Shown piece after piece: positions 36,438 through 47,359 of a stretch of 64,000 bases of DNA; positions within the stretch are counted from its first letter, which is position 1; every line of letters begins with the position of its first letter. A model generated the notes under the pieces. That model saw only the letters and a list, made by a program, of their open reading frames with translations. It had not been told where the DNA came from and ran no database searches. This DNA comes from Paludibacteraceae bacterium (lineage in GTDB: Bacteria; Bacteroidota; Bacteroidia; Bacteroidales; Paludibacteraceae): positions 6,154 through 70,153 of the forward strand of contig JAKSNQ010000001.1 of assembly GCA_024399615.1 (NCBI GenBank), given 5' to 3'. The position numbers and the translations under genes are program-made.

Positions 36438-37883
36438 TTATTTTGCTGCCTTTTTAGTTGCAGTTTTCTTTACTGGTGCCTTCTCTGCCTTAGCAACTGC
36501 TTTCTTAGGAGCCGCCTTCTTTGCAGGTGCTTTTTCTACTTTAGGTTCCGCCTTCTTAGGAGCAGCCTTCTTTGCAGTTTTAGTCTCCTCCTTTTTCTCG
36601 GCCTTAGGAGCCTTTACCACTTTTGCCTTAGCCAACTCCTTCTCGAGTGCAGCAATCTCTTTCTCCTGATTTTCGATAGTGGTGAGCAACTCGTTGAGTT
36701 CCTCGTTATCAATAGAGATAGGATATTGTTCCTCAACGCGGAGGAGGAAATCCGAAAGCACATTCATGTAGTTAATGAATGCATCATAAGCAGACTCGTA
36801 GTTGGTATTTCCTGCATTGACATGGTTCATGAAGAGGAAGTGATCAGCCGATTGGAGCATGTACCAATCGCGACGAAGTGCGATATCCTTGCACATACGT
36901 ACACGCTCGGTAACTGCGTACAATTTCTGCAATGCCTCGCTCTGGAGGTCATTTCCATTGTATGCACTGAGATCTTTACCCTCACCACACCATGTGGTTG
37001 CGTATGGCACCGGAATTACTTCACCAGCGGTGAGTGCCTTCGCAGCTTCGCCTGGAGTAACAAAACCGATTTCATGCTGTAGGCAGTAGTATGGCAATGC
37101 CTTGAGGAAATCAAAGATACCTGTACCTGCGTTTTGACGAACGCCAAACGTGTCAGCACTCATCCATAGATTGATGATAGGCTCTTCGCCCTGAATACCG
37201 GCTATTTGGTTGGCATATTTCTCTGCATCCATTGGGAAATTAGGCCATGCCGGATCAGAGAAATGGAATTGTAGTTCGTCTGTGAGTGTACCATTGCGCA
37301 TGAGCAACTTCAGCGACTTGCTGGCCGCAGACTGGTATGCATAGTTAGGCGAGCGCCATGACAACAACTGCTTAGCTCCCTCCATCATCACAGCCTTGTA
37401 GCCCATATGTGCCACCTGATCACCGATTTCGTCGCTATAAAGCAACTCGGTGTTCCACAAAGTGGTTGGTTTTTGACCGAACAATTCCTGAATCTTAGCA
37501 GCCTCACGCTCCAATTGGTGCGCAAACTCTTGTGGAGCATACTCTGATGCAAACGAATAACCATAAGGAGTAGCCACAAACTCAACCGCCTTGGTGTCAG
37601 CCAATTCTTTCATCACATCGATTACCTCAGGTGCGAACTGCTCCAACATTTCGAGCATAACACCGCTGACCGCCAAACCGCAGTGGAATTTCTTGTGCGA
37701 CATCTCCACCATATCTTTGATGGTGTTGAGCAATGGAAGATAAGATGTCTGAGCCAGCCATGAGATCTGGTCCTCAGTTTGCATGTCGTCATAGTAGTAG
37801 TGGTCTTGACCAATATCAAAGAAACGATAGCGTTTCAGACGATAAGGCGCATGCATTTGGAAGCAAAAACTAATATTTCTCAT
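36438..37883 (-). CDS. glycoside hydrolase family 57 (alpha-amylase-like) with Lys/Ala/Pro-rich C-terminal tail
   Basis: N-terminus ISFCFQMHAPYRLKRYRFFDIG typical of Bacteroidales GH57. The last 63 aa are KAPKAEKK/AAPKKA repeats. Confidence 0.82.
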   Translation of the reverse strand: MRNISFCFQMHAPYRLKRYRFFDIGQDHYYYDDMQTEDQISWLAQTSYLPLLNTIKDMVEMSHKKFHCGLAVSGVMLEMLEQFAPEVIDVMKELADTKAVEFVATPYGYSFASEYAPQEFAHQLEREAAKIQELFGQKPTTLWNTELLYSDEIGDQVAHMGYKAVMMEGAKQLLSWRSPNYAYQSAASKSLKLLMRNGTLTDELQFHFSDPAWPNFPMDAEKYANQIAGIQGEEPIINLWMSADTFGVRQNAGTGIFDFLKALPYYCLQHEIGFVTPGEAAKALTAGEVIPVPYATTWCGEGKDLSAYNGNDLQSEALQKLYAVTERVRMCKDIALRRDWYMLQSADHFLFMNHVNAGNTNYESAYDAFINYMNVLSDFLLRVEEQYPISIDNEELNELLTTIENQEKEIAALEKELAKAKVVKAPKAEKKEETKTAKKAAPKKAEPKVEKAPAKKAAPKKAVAKAEKAPVKKTATKKAAK

Positions 37884-37938
37884 TTTTGTAAGTGTTTATT
37901 CTATTTATTTATATAAGGTGTGGTTCCTGTATGCCAAA

Positions 37939-39201
37939 TTAATGGCGCTGGCCGAGAACGAGATCGTAGATTGCACGCACCTTCAGGCCGGCATCGTACC
38001 ACTTGATATTATTGACTTCCTCCTTGCCAAGTTCGCTAAGCGACTTGTACATGGCAGGATACTTGACAATAGCATAGATGGCATCAGCCATAGCATCGAT
38101 ATCCCAATAATCAGTCTTGATAGCGTGATCGAGAATCTCGGCACAACCAGACTGATGTGAGATGATGGATGGACAACCCAACTGCATAGCCTCCAATGGC
38201 GAAATACCGAATGGTTCAGAAACAGAAGGCATGATATAACAATCAGACTCTGCCAACATCTCTTGTACCTGACGTCCTCGCTGGAAACCAGGGAAGTGGA
38301 AACGATCTGCGATACCACGTTTGGCAGCCAAGTCAATCCTCTTGTTCATCATATCGCCAGAACCGGCCATCACGAAGCGAACACCATCGGTCTTCTCCAA
38401 TACACGCGCAGCAGCTTCCACAAAATACTCTGGGCCTTTCTGCATGGTGATACGACCGAGGAACGTAACCACCTTATCCTTGCGCGGAGTCTTGGTGTAT
38501 GAATCCACATCAGGAATAGGTTCAACAGCATTGTGCACGGTCGAAACCTTGGCTGGATTAATACCATACTTTTCAATAACGGTGCGACGAGTAAGGTGTG
38601 ACACACACATGATGTGATCAGCCTCCTCCATACCACGCTTTTCGATAGCAAAAACGGTAGGATTCACATTGCCACGTGAACGATCGAAATCGGTAGCGTG
38701 CACGTGAATAACAAGTGGCTTACCTGAGATATGCTTTGCAAACACACCCGCAGGGTAGGTCAACCAGTCATGGCTGTGAATGATATCAAAGTCAAGCGAA
38801 TGAGCCAACACCGAAGCGACCGCCTCGTAGTTACCAATCTCCTCAATCAGGTTGTCAGGATAGCGACCTGAAAAACCTATGCAACCCAGTTCGTCGGTAC
38901 CGATACGACGATAGTCGTAGTGAATACCATCGCGAAGGTGGAAATATTCTTCAGGCGACATCTTGCCTGCCATGCGTTCACGAACATAATCGTATGAATT
39001 TTCTTTCCAAACGACAGGCACGCTGTTGGCGCCAATAATCTTGAGGAAAGACTGATCCTCATCACCCCATGGTTTAGGGATAACGAACGTGATATCCATG
39101 TCAGGCTGCTCAGCCATACCACGGGTCAAGCCGTACGAAGCCGTACCGAGTCCGCCCAAGATGTGAGGAGGAAACTCCCAACCAAACATTAACGCTTTCA
39201 T
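37939..39201 (-). CDS. glycosyltransferase (glycogen synthase-like, GT-B fold)
   Basis: MKALMFGWEFPPHILGGLGTASYGL N-terminus, C-terminal MPSVSEPFGISPLEAM motif (E-x7-E type). Located in the glycogen cluster. Confidence 0.82.
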   Translation of the reverse strand: MKALMFGWEFPPHILGGLGTASYGLTRGMAEQPDMDITFVIPKPWGDEDQSFLKIIGANSVPVVWKENSYDYVRERMAGKMSPEEYFHLRDGIHYDYRRIGTDELGCIGFSGRYPDNLIEEIGNYEAVASVLAHSLDFDIIHSHDWLTYPAGVFAKHISGKPLVIHVHATDFDRSRGNVNPTVFAIEKRGMEEADHIMCVSHLTRRTVIEKYGINPAKVSTVHNAVEPIPDVDSYTKTPRKDKVVTFLGRITMQKGPEYFVEAAARVLEKTDGVRFVMAGSGDMMNKRIDLAAKRGIADRFHFPGFQRGRQVQEMLAESDCYIMPSVSEPFGISPLEAMQLGCPSIISHQSGCAEILDHAIKTDYWDIDAMADAIYAIVKYPAMYKSLSELGKEEVNNIKWYDAGLKVRAIYDLVLGQRH

Positions 39202-41147
39202 AGATTCTCCTCCTTATATTTTTGCAGAGTGTTACACATAGAGATGACAGCAGCCACCGATGGTGCATATGACATGCCACCATGTCCCTTGTATGGAGGG
39301 TTACCATCATATAGTTCATTCAGCGTACCGATGCAGAGTTCAGACATTTCCTGCTCGAAACCAACCAATGTACGTTGGATGAAACCTACGCCCGAATTCT
39401 TATAAATACGCATATACGCATCCGCATAAGCGGCGATAGTGAAAGGCCATACAGGACCATTGTGGAAGTTACGGTCGCGCTCAAGCTGACCACCGACATA
39501 TACAGGACGATAGTTGCCTGACTTTGGCGAGATAGTACGTAGGCCACGCGGAGTCAACAACTCTTTGGTACAGATATTAACGACAGCCTTCTGCTGGTTG
39601 CGATCCAGTGGTGAATATGGCAATGAGACGGCCCAGATTTGGTTAGGACGCACCTCTTTGTCATGATATGAATCAACCACATAATCGTCCAGATAGAAAC
39701 CGTTCCAGAACGTTTCCACGAATGATTTCTTGCATAATTCAGCCTGATAGTCCATCAGATCAGCCTGATTGCTATTACCTTGTGCACGCAACACCTCGGC
39801 CGCCAGCATCAAAGAGTTATACCACAACGCATTGATTTCCACTACATAACCCGTACGAGGTGTGATAGGACGCCCATTCTCACATGCATTCATCCATGTA
39901 GCAGGACGCTCCAAACCATTCACCCAAAGCAGATTGTTGTTGTGGAGGAACATGCGTGGATGATTGTTCTTGCGCAAATAATCAACAATATCCAGTATCA
40001 ATTGACCATATTTCTCAACCATCTGTTCAACAGAGGTATAGACTCCATAGTTTTGTAGCGCACGCAGGAACCAAAGGATAGCATCCGGCTCGTCCATTCC
40101 GAACAAACGTACAGCATGGTAATCACCTGCGATAAATGCCTTCATCTCCGGTACTGCCGTATTATCCATGATTGCCTCCCAATACTCAGGACGGCCGATA
40201 CCCAATGTACAACTTGGCACAGAGAAAAACTCCTCGCGAGCAGATGCGCCAAACCATGGATAGCCTGCCAGCAAGTAGCACTTATCTTCTATACGCTTGT
40301 AGAACTGAGCTGCCGAATTGCGCAAGGTATGATACATGTCAGTACGCGCATTACGACGCTCCATCTCCTTGTTCCAGGTAGTGGTCAGCGTGCGTGTATT
40401 CACCTCCGAGATACCTGCTGCAAAGACAACACTCTCGCCTTTTTTCATTGGCAATTCGAAGTAACCCGGTACAAGGTTATCCTCCTTATACTCAAAGCCA
40501 CGCTCCTGCTCCTTCTGATATTCAATACCTTTGTACCAAAGTGGATTGTGTACATACTCCACTTTCTTTGAGAACTGCAGATACAACTCCGGGAATTCAG
40601 GATACATGCGTACCTTACCACCATTGCCCACCATCTGCATATCAGCGCAAGCGCGATCATTCTCATGTGCCAATTCGTTGACACTACGGAAAGCCAGGAA
40701 CGGACGGAAACGAAGAGAGGTTGCAGAATGCGCCTCCAACAACGTATAACGAATCAGCACACGTGGCTCAAAGCTCACGAGCATGCGCTCTTTTTGAAGG
40801 ATAACGCCACCCACACGATAGATGGTTTTGGAAATCACTTCACAATCAAACTCGCGGATGTACTTATGGCCATTGGGTGAATAATTGTTCTCGCCATACT
40901 TATGGAGGCCCAGATTAAACTCGGCACCATGCTGGATGACGGTCTCATCCAACGAACTGAGCAACACATAATTGTCGCTGCCCAACTCTGGCAGAGGTAA
41001 CACCAATTGTCCATGATACTTTCGCGTATTGCAGTCAACCAACGTCGTACTGTTATAGGCACCTGATCGATTCGTACGAATCATCTCCTTGCCCAAAGAA
41101 CGCTCCAGGTTGGCCAGCAATTTTCGGTCGAAATTTAGATAGCCCAT
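39198..41147 (-). CDS. glycogen debranching enzyme-like (amylo-alpha-1,6-glucosidase family)
   Basis: 649 aa. N-terminal GDE_N-like region plus a C-terminal (alpha/alpha)6-type domain. ATGA overlap with the downstream glycosyltransferase. Confidence 0.8.
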   Translation of the reverse strand: MGYLNFDRKLLANLERSLGKEMIRTNRSGAYNSTTLVDCNTRKYHGQLVLPLPELGSDNYVLLSSLDETVIQHGAEFNLGLHKYGENNYSPNGHKYIREFDCEVISKTIYRVGGVILQKERMLVSFEPRVLIRYTLLEAHSATSLRFRPFLAFRSVNELAHENDRACADMQMVGNGGKVRMYPEFPELYLQFSKKVEYVHNPLWYKGIEYQKEQERGFEYKEDNLVPGYFELPMKKGESVVFAAGISEVNTRTLTTTWNKEMERRNARTDMYHTLRNSAAQFYKRIEDKCYLLAGYPWFGASAREEFFSVPSCTLGIGRPEYWEAIMDNTAVPEMKAFIAGDYHAVRLFGMDEPDAILWFLRALQNYGVYTSVEQMVEKYGQLILDIVDYLRKNNHPRMFLHNNNLLWVNGLERPATWMNACENGRPITPRTGYVVEINALWYNSLMLAAEVLRAQGNSNQADLMDYQAELCKKSFVETFWNGFYLDDYVVDSYHDKEVRPNQIWAVSLPYSPLDRNQQKAVVNICTKELLTPRGLRTISPKSGNYRPVYVGGQLERDRNFHNGPVWPFTIAAYADAYMRIYKNSGVGFIQRTLVGFEQEMSELCIGTLNELYDGNPPYKGHGGMSYAPSVAAVISMCNTLQKYKEENL

Positions 41148-41257
41148 ATTGGATCGGTTTTTATGGATTAGTTATTTTTTATTTGTATTGCATGGTAAAA
41201 GCATGCCGTGGCACAAGGTCATAAGCGCAACACGGGCACACTTGATTTTTCAAATTG

Positions 41258-41265
41258 CAAAATTA
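41258..41265 (-). promoter_or_regulatory. -7 box TAATTTTG for the glycogen operon (minus strand)
   Basis: Reverse complement of caaaatta, 111 nt upstream of the debranching-enzyme start. No clean -33 TTTG. Confidence 0.45.
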
Positions 41266-41347
41266 CTGCTTTTTTTTGGACTACACAACTTTTTTTATAT
41301 GTTTAATAACATATTTTGTGCAATTTTACCGGAAATAGCACTTTTTC

Positions 41348-41379
41348 TTTGTGTATTTCAACTATTTTTCGTACCTTTG
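41348..41379 (+). promoter_or_regulatory. Bacteroidota-type promoter immediately upstream of the porin-like gene
   Basis: TTTG 41348-41351, 20-nt spacer, TACCTTTG 41372-41379. The ATG at 41387 is only 7 nt downstream. Confidence 0.6.
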
Positions 41380-41386
41380 CACTCAA

Positions 41387-43567
41387 ATGCGCTATTTTTC
41401 TAAAATAGGATATCTGTTAAACCCAAGTGGAGTATACCGAGCGTGGAGTTGGGTTCTTGGGCTATGCTTGCTGCTGCAGGCCTCTTGGGCATGCGCACAA
41501 GGGAATACGCCCAAGAAGAAAAATAAGCAGATAATGATTGTTCAGTCGTGGAAAATGTCCAATGACTATGGCATCGCTGATACAACCGGCATTGACACTT
41601 CGCAAGTCAACTATCCTCTGCGAAATGCACTCAACGACCACTCAATCTCATGGGCATATAATGGAAACCTCATCTCGCCCAGCCAATCGAAAGTGTATTT
41701 CGACCGTAGCGGAAATGGTATGTTGGGAAATACAGGAACAGGTTCTGATGTATGGCAACGTGGCGGATTGGGTCCAATCGGGCGCGCACGCAAGAAGATG
41801 GATATGGTGTTCGCCAGCGCTTATGAACCATACATCTTTACGGCACAAGACGTGCAATTCTACCGCACTTCGGCTCCTTATTCTGCGATTGGATATAAAA
41901 AAGGGTTTGCTACAGCCCATCAGGAGAATGACCTCAATTTCATTTTCACCGGCAACCTGAATCAGAAGACCAATATCGGTACCAATCTGGTCTATCTCAA
42001 CTCGCCCGGTCGCTATTCGTCACAACAAGGAAAAGACTTTGGAGGATATGTCTTTGGCAGTTACGATGGTAACAACTATGGCTTGCATGCCTCTGTTTGT
42101 TTCAACAATATGAGCATGTTTGAAAATGGTGGTTTACAAGACCCAAGCCAGATGGATAGGCTCAAGCCGGAAGACTTGCCAACCAAGTTGCAAGCTATGT
42201 CGGGATTCAAACATATCTCTGGTTTCCTCGACCACCACTATAGCATTACTACCGATCGCGAAGTGAAATTAACCATCAAAGGGAAAGACGGAGAAGAAGA
42301 TCGAGACAGCGTCTATACCGAGCATGTACCGGTCATCACCATCAACCACGTCTTCGAGACCAACAACTCCACCCGGCGATATGTTGAAAAAAACGCCAAT
42401 CAGGATTTCTTCCCCGAGTGGCATCTAAATAGGAGTCAGACCAATGATACCGCATCGGTACTGAATATTCGCAACACCATAGCCGTCACATTCAACGAAG
42501 AGTTCAACCGCTTGCTTAAGTTTGGTGTCACAGCATATGTAACCAACGAGTGCCAACGATTCGTTTTCCCAACTCACAGTTACGACCCCACCCTCCCTGT
42601 AGGAATTGGCATTGACGATCACAGGTTACAATACCATAGTCAATTGGCACATACCGACACCGTATTTGGACAACAATGGCTCAACTACACATGGGTAGGT
42701 GGTGCTATCTACAAGAACAATGGTAAATATCTGCGTTTCGGTGTGAATGGAGACATCTGCTTGTTGGGCAATTCCGATTCGTTAAACACCAACAATAAGC
42801 ACGAAAAAGTATATAGCAAACTGTGGGAGTTTCAGGTGAATGGTCATGTGGATGCTGACTTCCGTTTGGGCAAAAACAAATTGTATGTACGGGCGACTGC
42901 ATATGTCAAGAATGAGACACCTGACTATTACCTCTATCGTTTCCGCTCCAACCACTACATCTGGAACAACGAGTTCAAAAAGACTTACCGAGTCTATGCA
43001 GGTGGCGAAATCAGTTTCCCTACCGAATGGGTGAAACCACGCGTTCGAGTCGGCTTTGAGAACCTGACCAACTATATCTATTTTGATAAGAATGGGTTGC
43101 CTGTGCAAAAAGAAGGCAGTATTCAGGTGCTGAGCGGAGATGCAAGGATTGACCTTACAACTCCTTGGTTGAACATGGAAAACTCGGTAGTCGTTCAGTT
43201 CTCTGACTCGATTCTACCATTGCCTACCGTTGCACTCTATTCCAACCTCTACTACCACGGCTGGTGGTTCAAGGCTATGTACGCGCAAATAGGCGTCGAT
43301 TGTCGTTTTCATACCGCTTATCGTGCACCACTATACAACCCCGCCACTGCGCAATTTTGCGTACAAGACGAAGTGATGATTGGAAACTATCCGGTACTGA
43401 ACCTATACGGCAATTTCTATGTCAAACTGCTGCACCTGCGATTTTTCTTCCAATGGCAGAATTTCGGTAGTCTCTTCTTGCCTAACAGCGAGAACTTGTC
43501 TATGCCAGACTATGCTATGAATCCCTCCAATTTCCGCGCGGGATTGGCCTTTCACTTTTGGAAATAA
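41387..43567 (+). CDS. large outer-membrane beta-barrel / putative porin family protein
   Basis: Signal peptide (WSWVLGLCLLLQASWACAQ), about 700 aa of aromatic/Gly-rich alternating pattern. Start set at MRYFSK because later Mets would delete the signal peptide. Confidence 0.65.
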   Translation: MRYFSKIGYLLNPSGVYRAWSWVLGLCLLLQASWACAQGNTPKKKNKQIMIVQSWKMSNDYGIADTTGIDTSQVNYPLRNALNDHSISWAYNGNLISPSQSKVYFDRSGNGMLGNTGTGSDVWQRGGLGPIGRARKKMDMVFASAYEPYIFTAQDVQFYRTSAPYSAIGYKKGFATAHQENDLNFIFTGNLNQKTNIGTNLVYLNSPGRYSSQQGKDFGGYVFGSYDGNNYGLHASVCFNNMSMFENGGLQDPSQMDRLKPEDLPTKLQAMSGFKHISGFLDHHYSITTDREVKLTIKGKDGEEDRDSVYTEHVPVITINHVFETNNSTRRYVEKNANQDFFPEWHLNRSQTNDTASVLNIRNTIAVTFNEEFNRLLKFGVTAYVTNECQRFVFPTHSYDPTLPVGIGIDDHRLQYHSQLAHTDTVFGQQWLNYTWVGGAIYKNNGKYLRFGVNGDICLLGNSDSLNTNNKHEKVYSKLWEFQVNGHVDADFRLGKNKLYVRATAYVKNETPDYYLYRFRSNHYIWNNEFKKTYRVYAGGEISFPTEWVKPRVRVGFENLTNYIYFDKNGLPVQKEGSIQVLSGDARIDLTTPWLNMENSVVVQFSDSILPLPTVALYSNLYYHGWWFKAMYAQIGVDCRFHTAYRAPLYNPATAQFCVQDEVMIGNYPVLNLYGNFYVKLLHLRFFFQWQNFGSLFLPNSENLSMPDYAMNPSNFRAGLAFHFWK

Positions 43568-43617
43568 ACAAAATGTATGATGTCGTTTTATCGACAAAAA
43601 AGATACGATTACAACCG

Positions 43618-46095
43618 ATGAACTATTCTGAAAATCTAAACAAAGCAATAGAAAAAAGCAAGATGGAAGCCAGCCGTTTGGGCTGTGCTTCAGTCTCACC
43701 TGACCTCCTTTTACTGGGCCTTCTGCATGTGAATGAAGGACGTGCATACAGCATGTTACAAGGTGCCGGAGTGGATATACATCGCGCTATCCAAGCTATT
43801 GAAAGTCGCTATACACCAGGCCACACCGAGCCTGTAGCACCTGCCTTCGACAAGCAGTCGGAGCGAATATTACGCATTTTGGACCTCGAGACAAAGACCT
43901 ACAAAGAGACGGTTTCGCATACCGAGCATCTGCTGATGGCCATCTTGCGTGAACGAGTCAACAAAGCGGCCATCTTCCTACAGGACGAGTGGCACGTCAA
44001 CTATGAGGCAATGGAGAAATGTCTTCCCAAGCCACAACAGCAACCAAAAATGGGAGCGGACTTCTCTTCCGACCTGGCCGACGATCTGCCGGATGATGCC
44101 AAAGCGGCTTCGGAAAACAACAATGCCAAAACGAAGGCCAATGGGTCCAAGACACCGGCTTTGGATAAGTTCGGAAAAGATCTCACGTTGGCGGCAGAGG
44201 AAAACAAACTCGATCCTGTCATCGGGCGTGAGAACGAAATTGAACGCGTCGTTGAGATATTGTCTCGCCGCAAGAAAAACAATCCTATCCTGATAGGCGA
44301 ACCCGGCGTGGGAAAGTCAGCCATTGTTGAAGGGCTGGCACTTCGTATCGTGCAGCATCAGGTCTCACCGCTGCTTTTCAGCAAGCGAATATTCACTCTG
44401 GACATAGCCTCTATGGTGGCAGGAACCACCTATCGTGGTCAGTTTGAGGAGCGCATGAAATCGGTCATCAACGAATTACAAAAGAACCCCGATATCATTC
44501 TCTTCATCGACGAGATACACACCATTATCGGAGCTGGTAACGCATCCGGAACCTTGGATGCTGCCAATATTCTCAAACCGGCACTTGCGCGTGGCGAGGT
44601 ACAATGTATCGGAGCCACCACCATTGATGAGTACCGCAAGTCGGTGGAAAAAGATGGAGCACTCGAACGACGTTTCCAAAAAGTGATGGTGAGTCCTACT
44701 ACACGGGAGCAAACATTGGAGATATTGCGCAGACTCAGCGAGACCTATGGGCAACACCACAATGTGACCTACACCGACGAGGTGCTCAAAACATGTGTTG
44801 ACCTTACTGATCGATATATCTCTGATCGTGCTTTCCCGGACAAAGCCATTGACGCGATGGACGAAGTGGGAGCTCGTGCACAAATTTGTATGCAGCAGAA
44901 GCCTGCTTTTGTAGAGGATTTGGAGGCACAGATTGCCACAGCAAAACAGCAAAAAGAAGCACTCACCCTGCAGCAGGATTATCAAGCGGCCGTTGAACTG
45001 CGAGACAAAGAATTGGCACTCGTAACCGAGATGAACAAACAACTCGTAGCATGGCAACAAGAACGTCAAAACCAACCCACTATCGTCACATGCGATGATG
45101 TGGCTCGTGTCGTCAGTCTCATGTCTGGAGTTCCTGTGCAACGCGTACAAACTACCGAGACCGAAAAACTGCGCAACATGGCCACTGTTTTAAAGAGCCG
45201 CGTGATTGGCCAAGACGAAGCGGTAGATGTTATCGCCAAAGCTATTCAGCGCTCTCGACTCGGACTCAAAGATCCAAATCGACCCATCGGAACATTCTTC
45301 TTCCTCGGCTCTACTGGTGTGGGTAAAACACATCTGGCGCAATGTCTGGCAGAGGAGATGTTTGGCAGCAAAGATGCACTCATACGTTTCGACATGTCTG
45401 AATATATGGAGAAGCACACTACATCATTGTTGGTAGGAGCGCCTCCGGGATACGTCGCACACGAGGATGGTGGTAAACTCACCGAAGCCGTTCGCCGCAA
45501 GCCATATTCTATCATCCTCTTTGATGAGATCGAAAAGGCGCACCCTGACATTTTTAATGTTCTATTGCAGGTCTTGGACGAAGGAAGACTGACCGATCGA
45601 CATGGCAAAGTGGTGGACTTCAAAAACACCATCATCATCCTCACTTCCAACGTGGGAACCCGACAACTCAAGGATTTTGGCACAGGAATCGGTTTCAACC
45701 ATGCCAGCGAGATGGACAAAAAAGCGGAACGTTCTGTTCTCATTAAGGCTCTCCAAAAACAGTTCCCGCCTGAGTTCGTCAATCGAATTGACCACGTCGT
45801 AACATTCTCCAAACTGGAAAAAGACCACCTGCACAACATCGTTGATCTCGAATTATCGGGACTGCACAAGCGCATTGAGGCCATGAACATGACCCTCAGC
45901 ATCACCACCGAAGCTAAGGATCTGCTCATCGACCAAAGTGACGTCAACCAATATGGAGCTCGTTCGCTCAAGCGCCTCATTCAGTCAGAGGTAGAAGATG
46001 CACTCACGACACTACTGCTCAACGATGAACGATACGACCACATTTCTGTCACCGTTGCTGATGGAAAAATAGTCGCACAATGGGTGCAAAAATGA
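43618..46095 (+). CDS. clpC: ATP-dependent Clp protease ATP-binding subunit ClpC
   Basis: Clp_N repeats, Walker A motifs GEPGVGKSA and [12 protein letters not shown]-like linker ([14 protein letters not shown]). Start set at [12 protein letters not shown]. Confidence 0.9.
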   Translation: MNYSENLNKAIEKSKMEASRLGCASVSPDLLLLGLLHVNEGRAYSMLQGAGVDIHRAIQAIESRYTPGHTEPVAPAFDKQSERILRILDLETKTYKETVSHTEHLLMAILRERVNKAAIFLQDEWHVNYEAMEKCLPKPQQQPKMGADFSSDLADDLPDDAKAASENNNAKTKANGSKTPALDKFGKDLTLAAEENKLDPVIGRENEIERVVEILSRRKKNNPILIGEPGVGKSAIVEGLALRIVQHQVSPLLFSKRIFTLDIASMVAGTTYRGQFEERMKSVINELQKNPDIILFIDEIHTIIGAGNASGTLDAANILKPALARGEVQCIGATTIDEYRKSVEKDGALERRFQKVMVSPTTREQTLEILRRLSETYGQHHNVTYTDEVLKTCVDLTDRYISDRAFPDKAIDAMDEVGARAQICMQQKPAFVEDLEAQIATAKQQKEALTLQQDYQAAVELRDKELALVTEMNKQLVAWQQERQNQPTIVTCDDVARVVSLMSGVPVQRVQTTETEKLRNMATVLKSRVIGQDEAVDVIAKAIQRSRLGLKDPNRPIGTFFFLGSTGVGKTHLAQCLAEEMFGSKDALIRFDMSEYMEKHTTSLLVGAPPGYVAHEDGGKLTEAVRRKPYSIILFDEIEKAHPDIFNVLLQVLDEGRLTDRHGKVVDFKNTIIILTSNVGTRQLKDFGTGIGFNHASEMDKKAERSVLIKALQKQFPPEFVNRIDHVVTFSKLEKDHLHNIVDLELSGLHKRIEAMNMTLSITTEAKDLLIDQSDVNQYGARSLKRLIQSEVEDALTTLLLNDERYDHISVTVADGKIVAQWVQK

Positions 46096-46247
46096 CTTCG
46101 GTTTCCTGATACAAAATCGCTATCAGGTCTTCATCTGATCTTCATCAGACCTTGCACAACACCAATACTACAATTATTCCAGTGACCAAAGGCTCAAAAA
46201 AAGTTGAACGATAGGTCACCTATTTCTAACTTATATTTTTTACAATT

Positions 46248-46562
46248 ATGTTACTTGAGATTACCGATTCCAACTTCGAAGAACTCCTTGAGTCTGGCAA
46301 ACCTATGGTAGTGGACTTTTGGGCACAATGGTGCGGACCATGTAAGATGATGCTGCCTATCGTGGGCGAATTAGCCGACGAGTATGATGGGAAGATTATC
46401 GTTGGTAAATGCGACGTGGACGAGTGTGATGATGTACCTGCAGAGTTTGGTATCATGAACATCCCTACCATGCTGTTCTTCAAGGATGGCAAACTTGTCA
46501 ACAAGCACGTAGGAGCATGCGCTAAGGATGAACTCCAAAAGTTGTTTGACGCGCTACTTTGA
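46248..46562 (+). CDS. trxA: thioredoxin
   Basis: 104 aa, with the WAQWCGPCKMM active site. Confidence 0.93.
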   Translation: MLLEITDSNFEELLESGKPMVVDFWAQWCGPCKMMLPIVGELADEYDGKIIVGKCDVDECDDVPAEFGIMNIPTMLFFKDGKLVNKHVGACAKDELQKLFDALL

Positions 46563-46584
46563 TTATGATTTTTGAATCTGAATC

Positions 46585-47307
46585 ATGCGTTTGATTTCTC
46601 CCTCATTATTATCTGCCGACTTTGCACAACTCGGCAACGAGCTTGCTTGGCTCAATGCGTCCAAAGCCGACCTTCTTCACGTAGATGTGATGGATGGCGT
46701 TTTTGTGCCGAATATCTCATTCGGCTTCCCCATCATGGAGATTCTGCAAAAACATGCCACCAAACCTCTTGACGTGCATTTGATGATTGCCAATCCCGAC
46801 CAATACGTCGAGCGTTTTTGTGACGCAGGCGCTTGGTCGGTAGGCTTCCATCTGGAGGCTGTAGATGACCCATTGCCCATCCTCAAAAAGATTCGCGACA
46901 AAGGTGTACGCACGTGTCTCACTATCAATCCCAACATAGACATACAGCGCCTGTTACCTTATCTCGATCATGTGGACATTGTGATGCTGATGTCTGTTTA
47001 TGCTGGTTATGGTGGACAAGCCTTTATTTCTGACACATTGGACAAGGTACGGTTTATGCGCAACGAGATAGATGCCCGATTCCCTGAGGACAAACCCCTC
47101 ACATGCAGCCAACAATCACCTTGTGACAAACTGTCAGACGTTTTTGATGGCACGTTGTTTCACAAACCACTCATTGAAGTGGATGGTGGTGTCAATCTTC
47201 AAAACGCACCCTTGCTTTGGGAAGCGGGGGCGGATATTCTGGTCTCTGGTTCGACCATTTTCCGTTCGTCTGATCCTGCTCAAACCATTCTCGACTTGAA
47301 AGCATAG
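46585..47307 (+). CDS. rpe: ribulose-phosphate 3-epimerase (with internal insertion)
   Basis: SLLSADFAQLG, HVDVMDGVFVPN, VDGGVN motifs. Carries an extra segment of about 25 aa before the VDGG strand. Confidence 0.88.
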   Translation: MRLISPSLLSADFAQLGNELAWLNASKADLLHVDVMDGVFVPNISFGFPIMEILQKHATKPLDVHLMIANPDQYVERFCDAGAWSVGFHLEAVDDPLPILKKIRDKGVRTCLTINPNIDIQRLLPYLDHVDIVMLMSVYAGYGGQAFISDTLDKVRFMRNEIDARFPEDKPLTCSQQSPCDKLSDVFDGTLFHKPLIEVDGGVNLQNAPLLWEAGADILVSGSTIFRSSDPAQTILDLKA

Positions 47308-47359
47308 AAATTCCGACTTCCACATTGTCAAGTCTTTTCTTCTTTTCGCCATCACGCTT

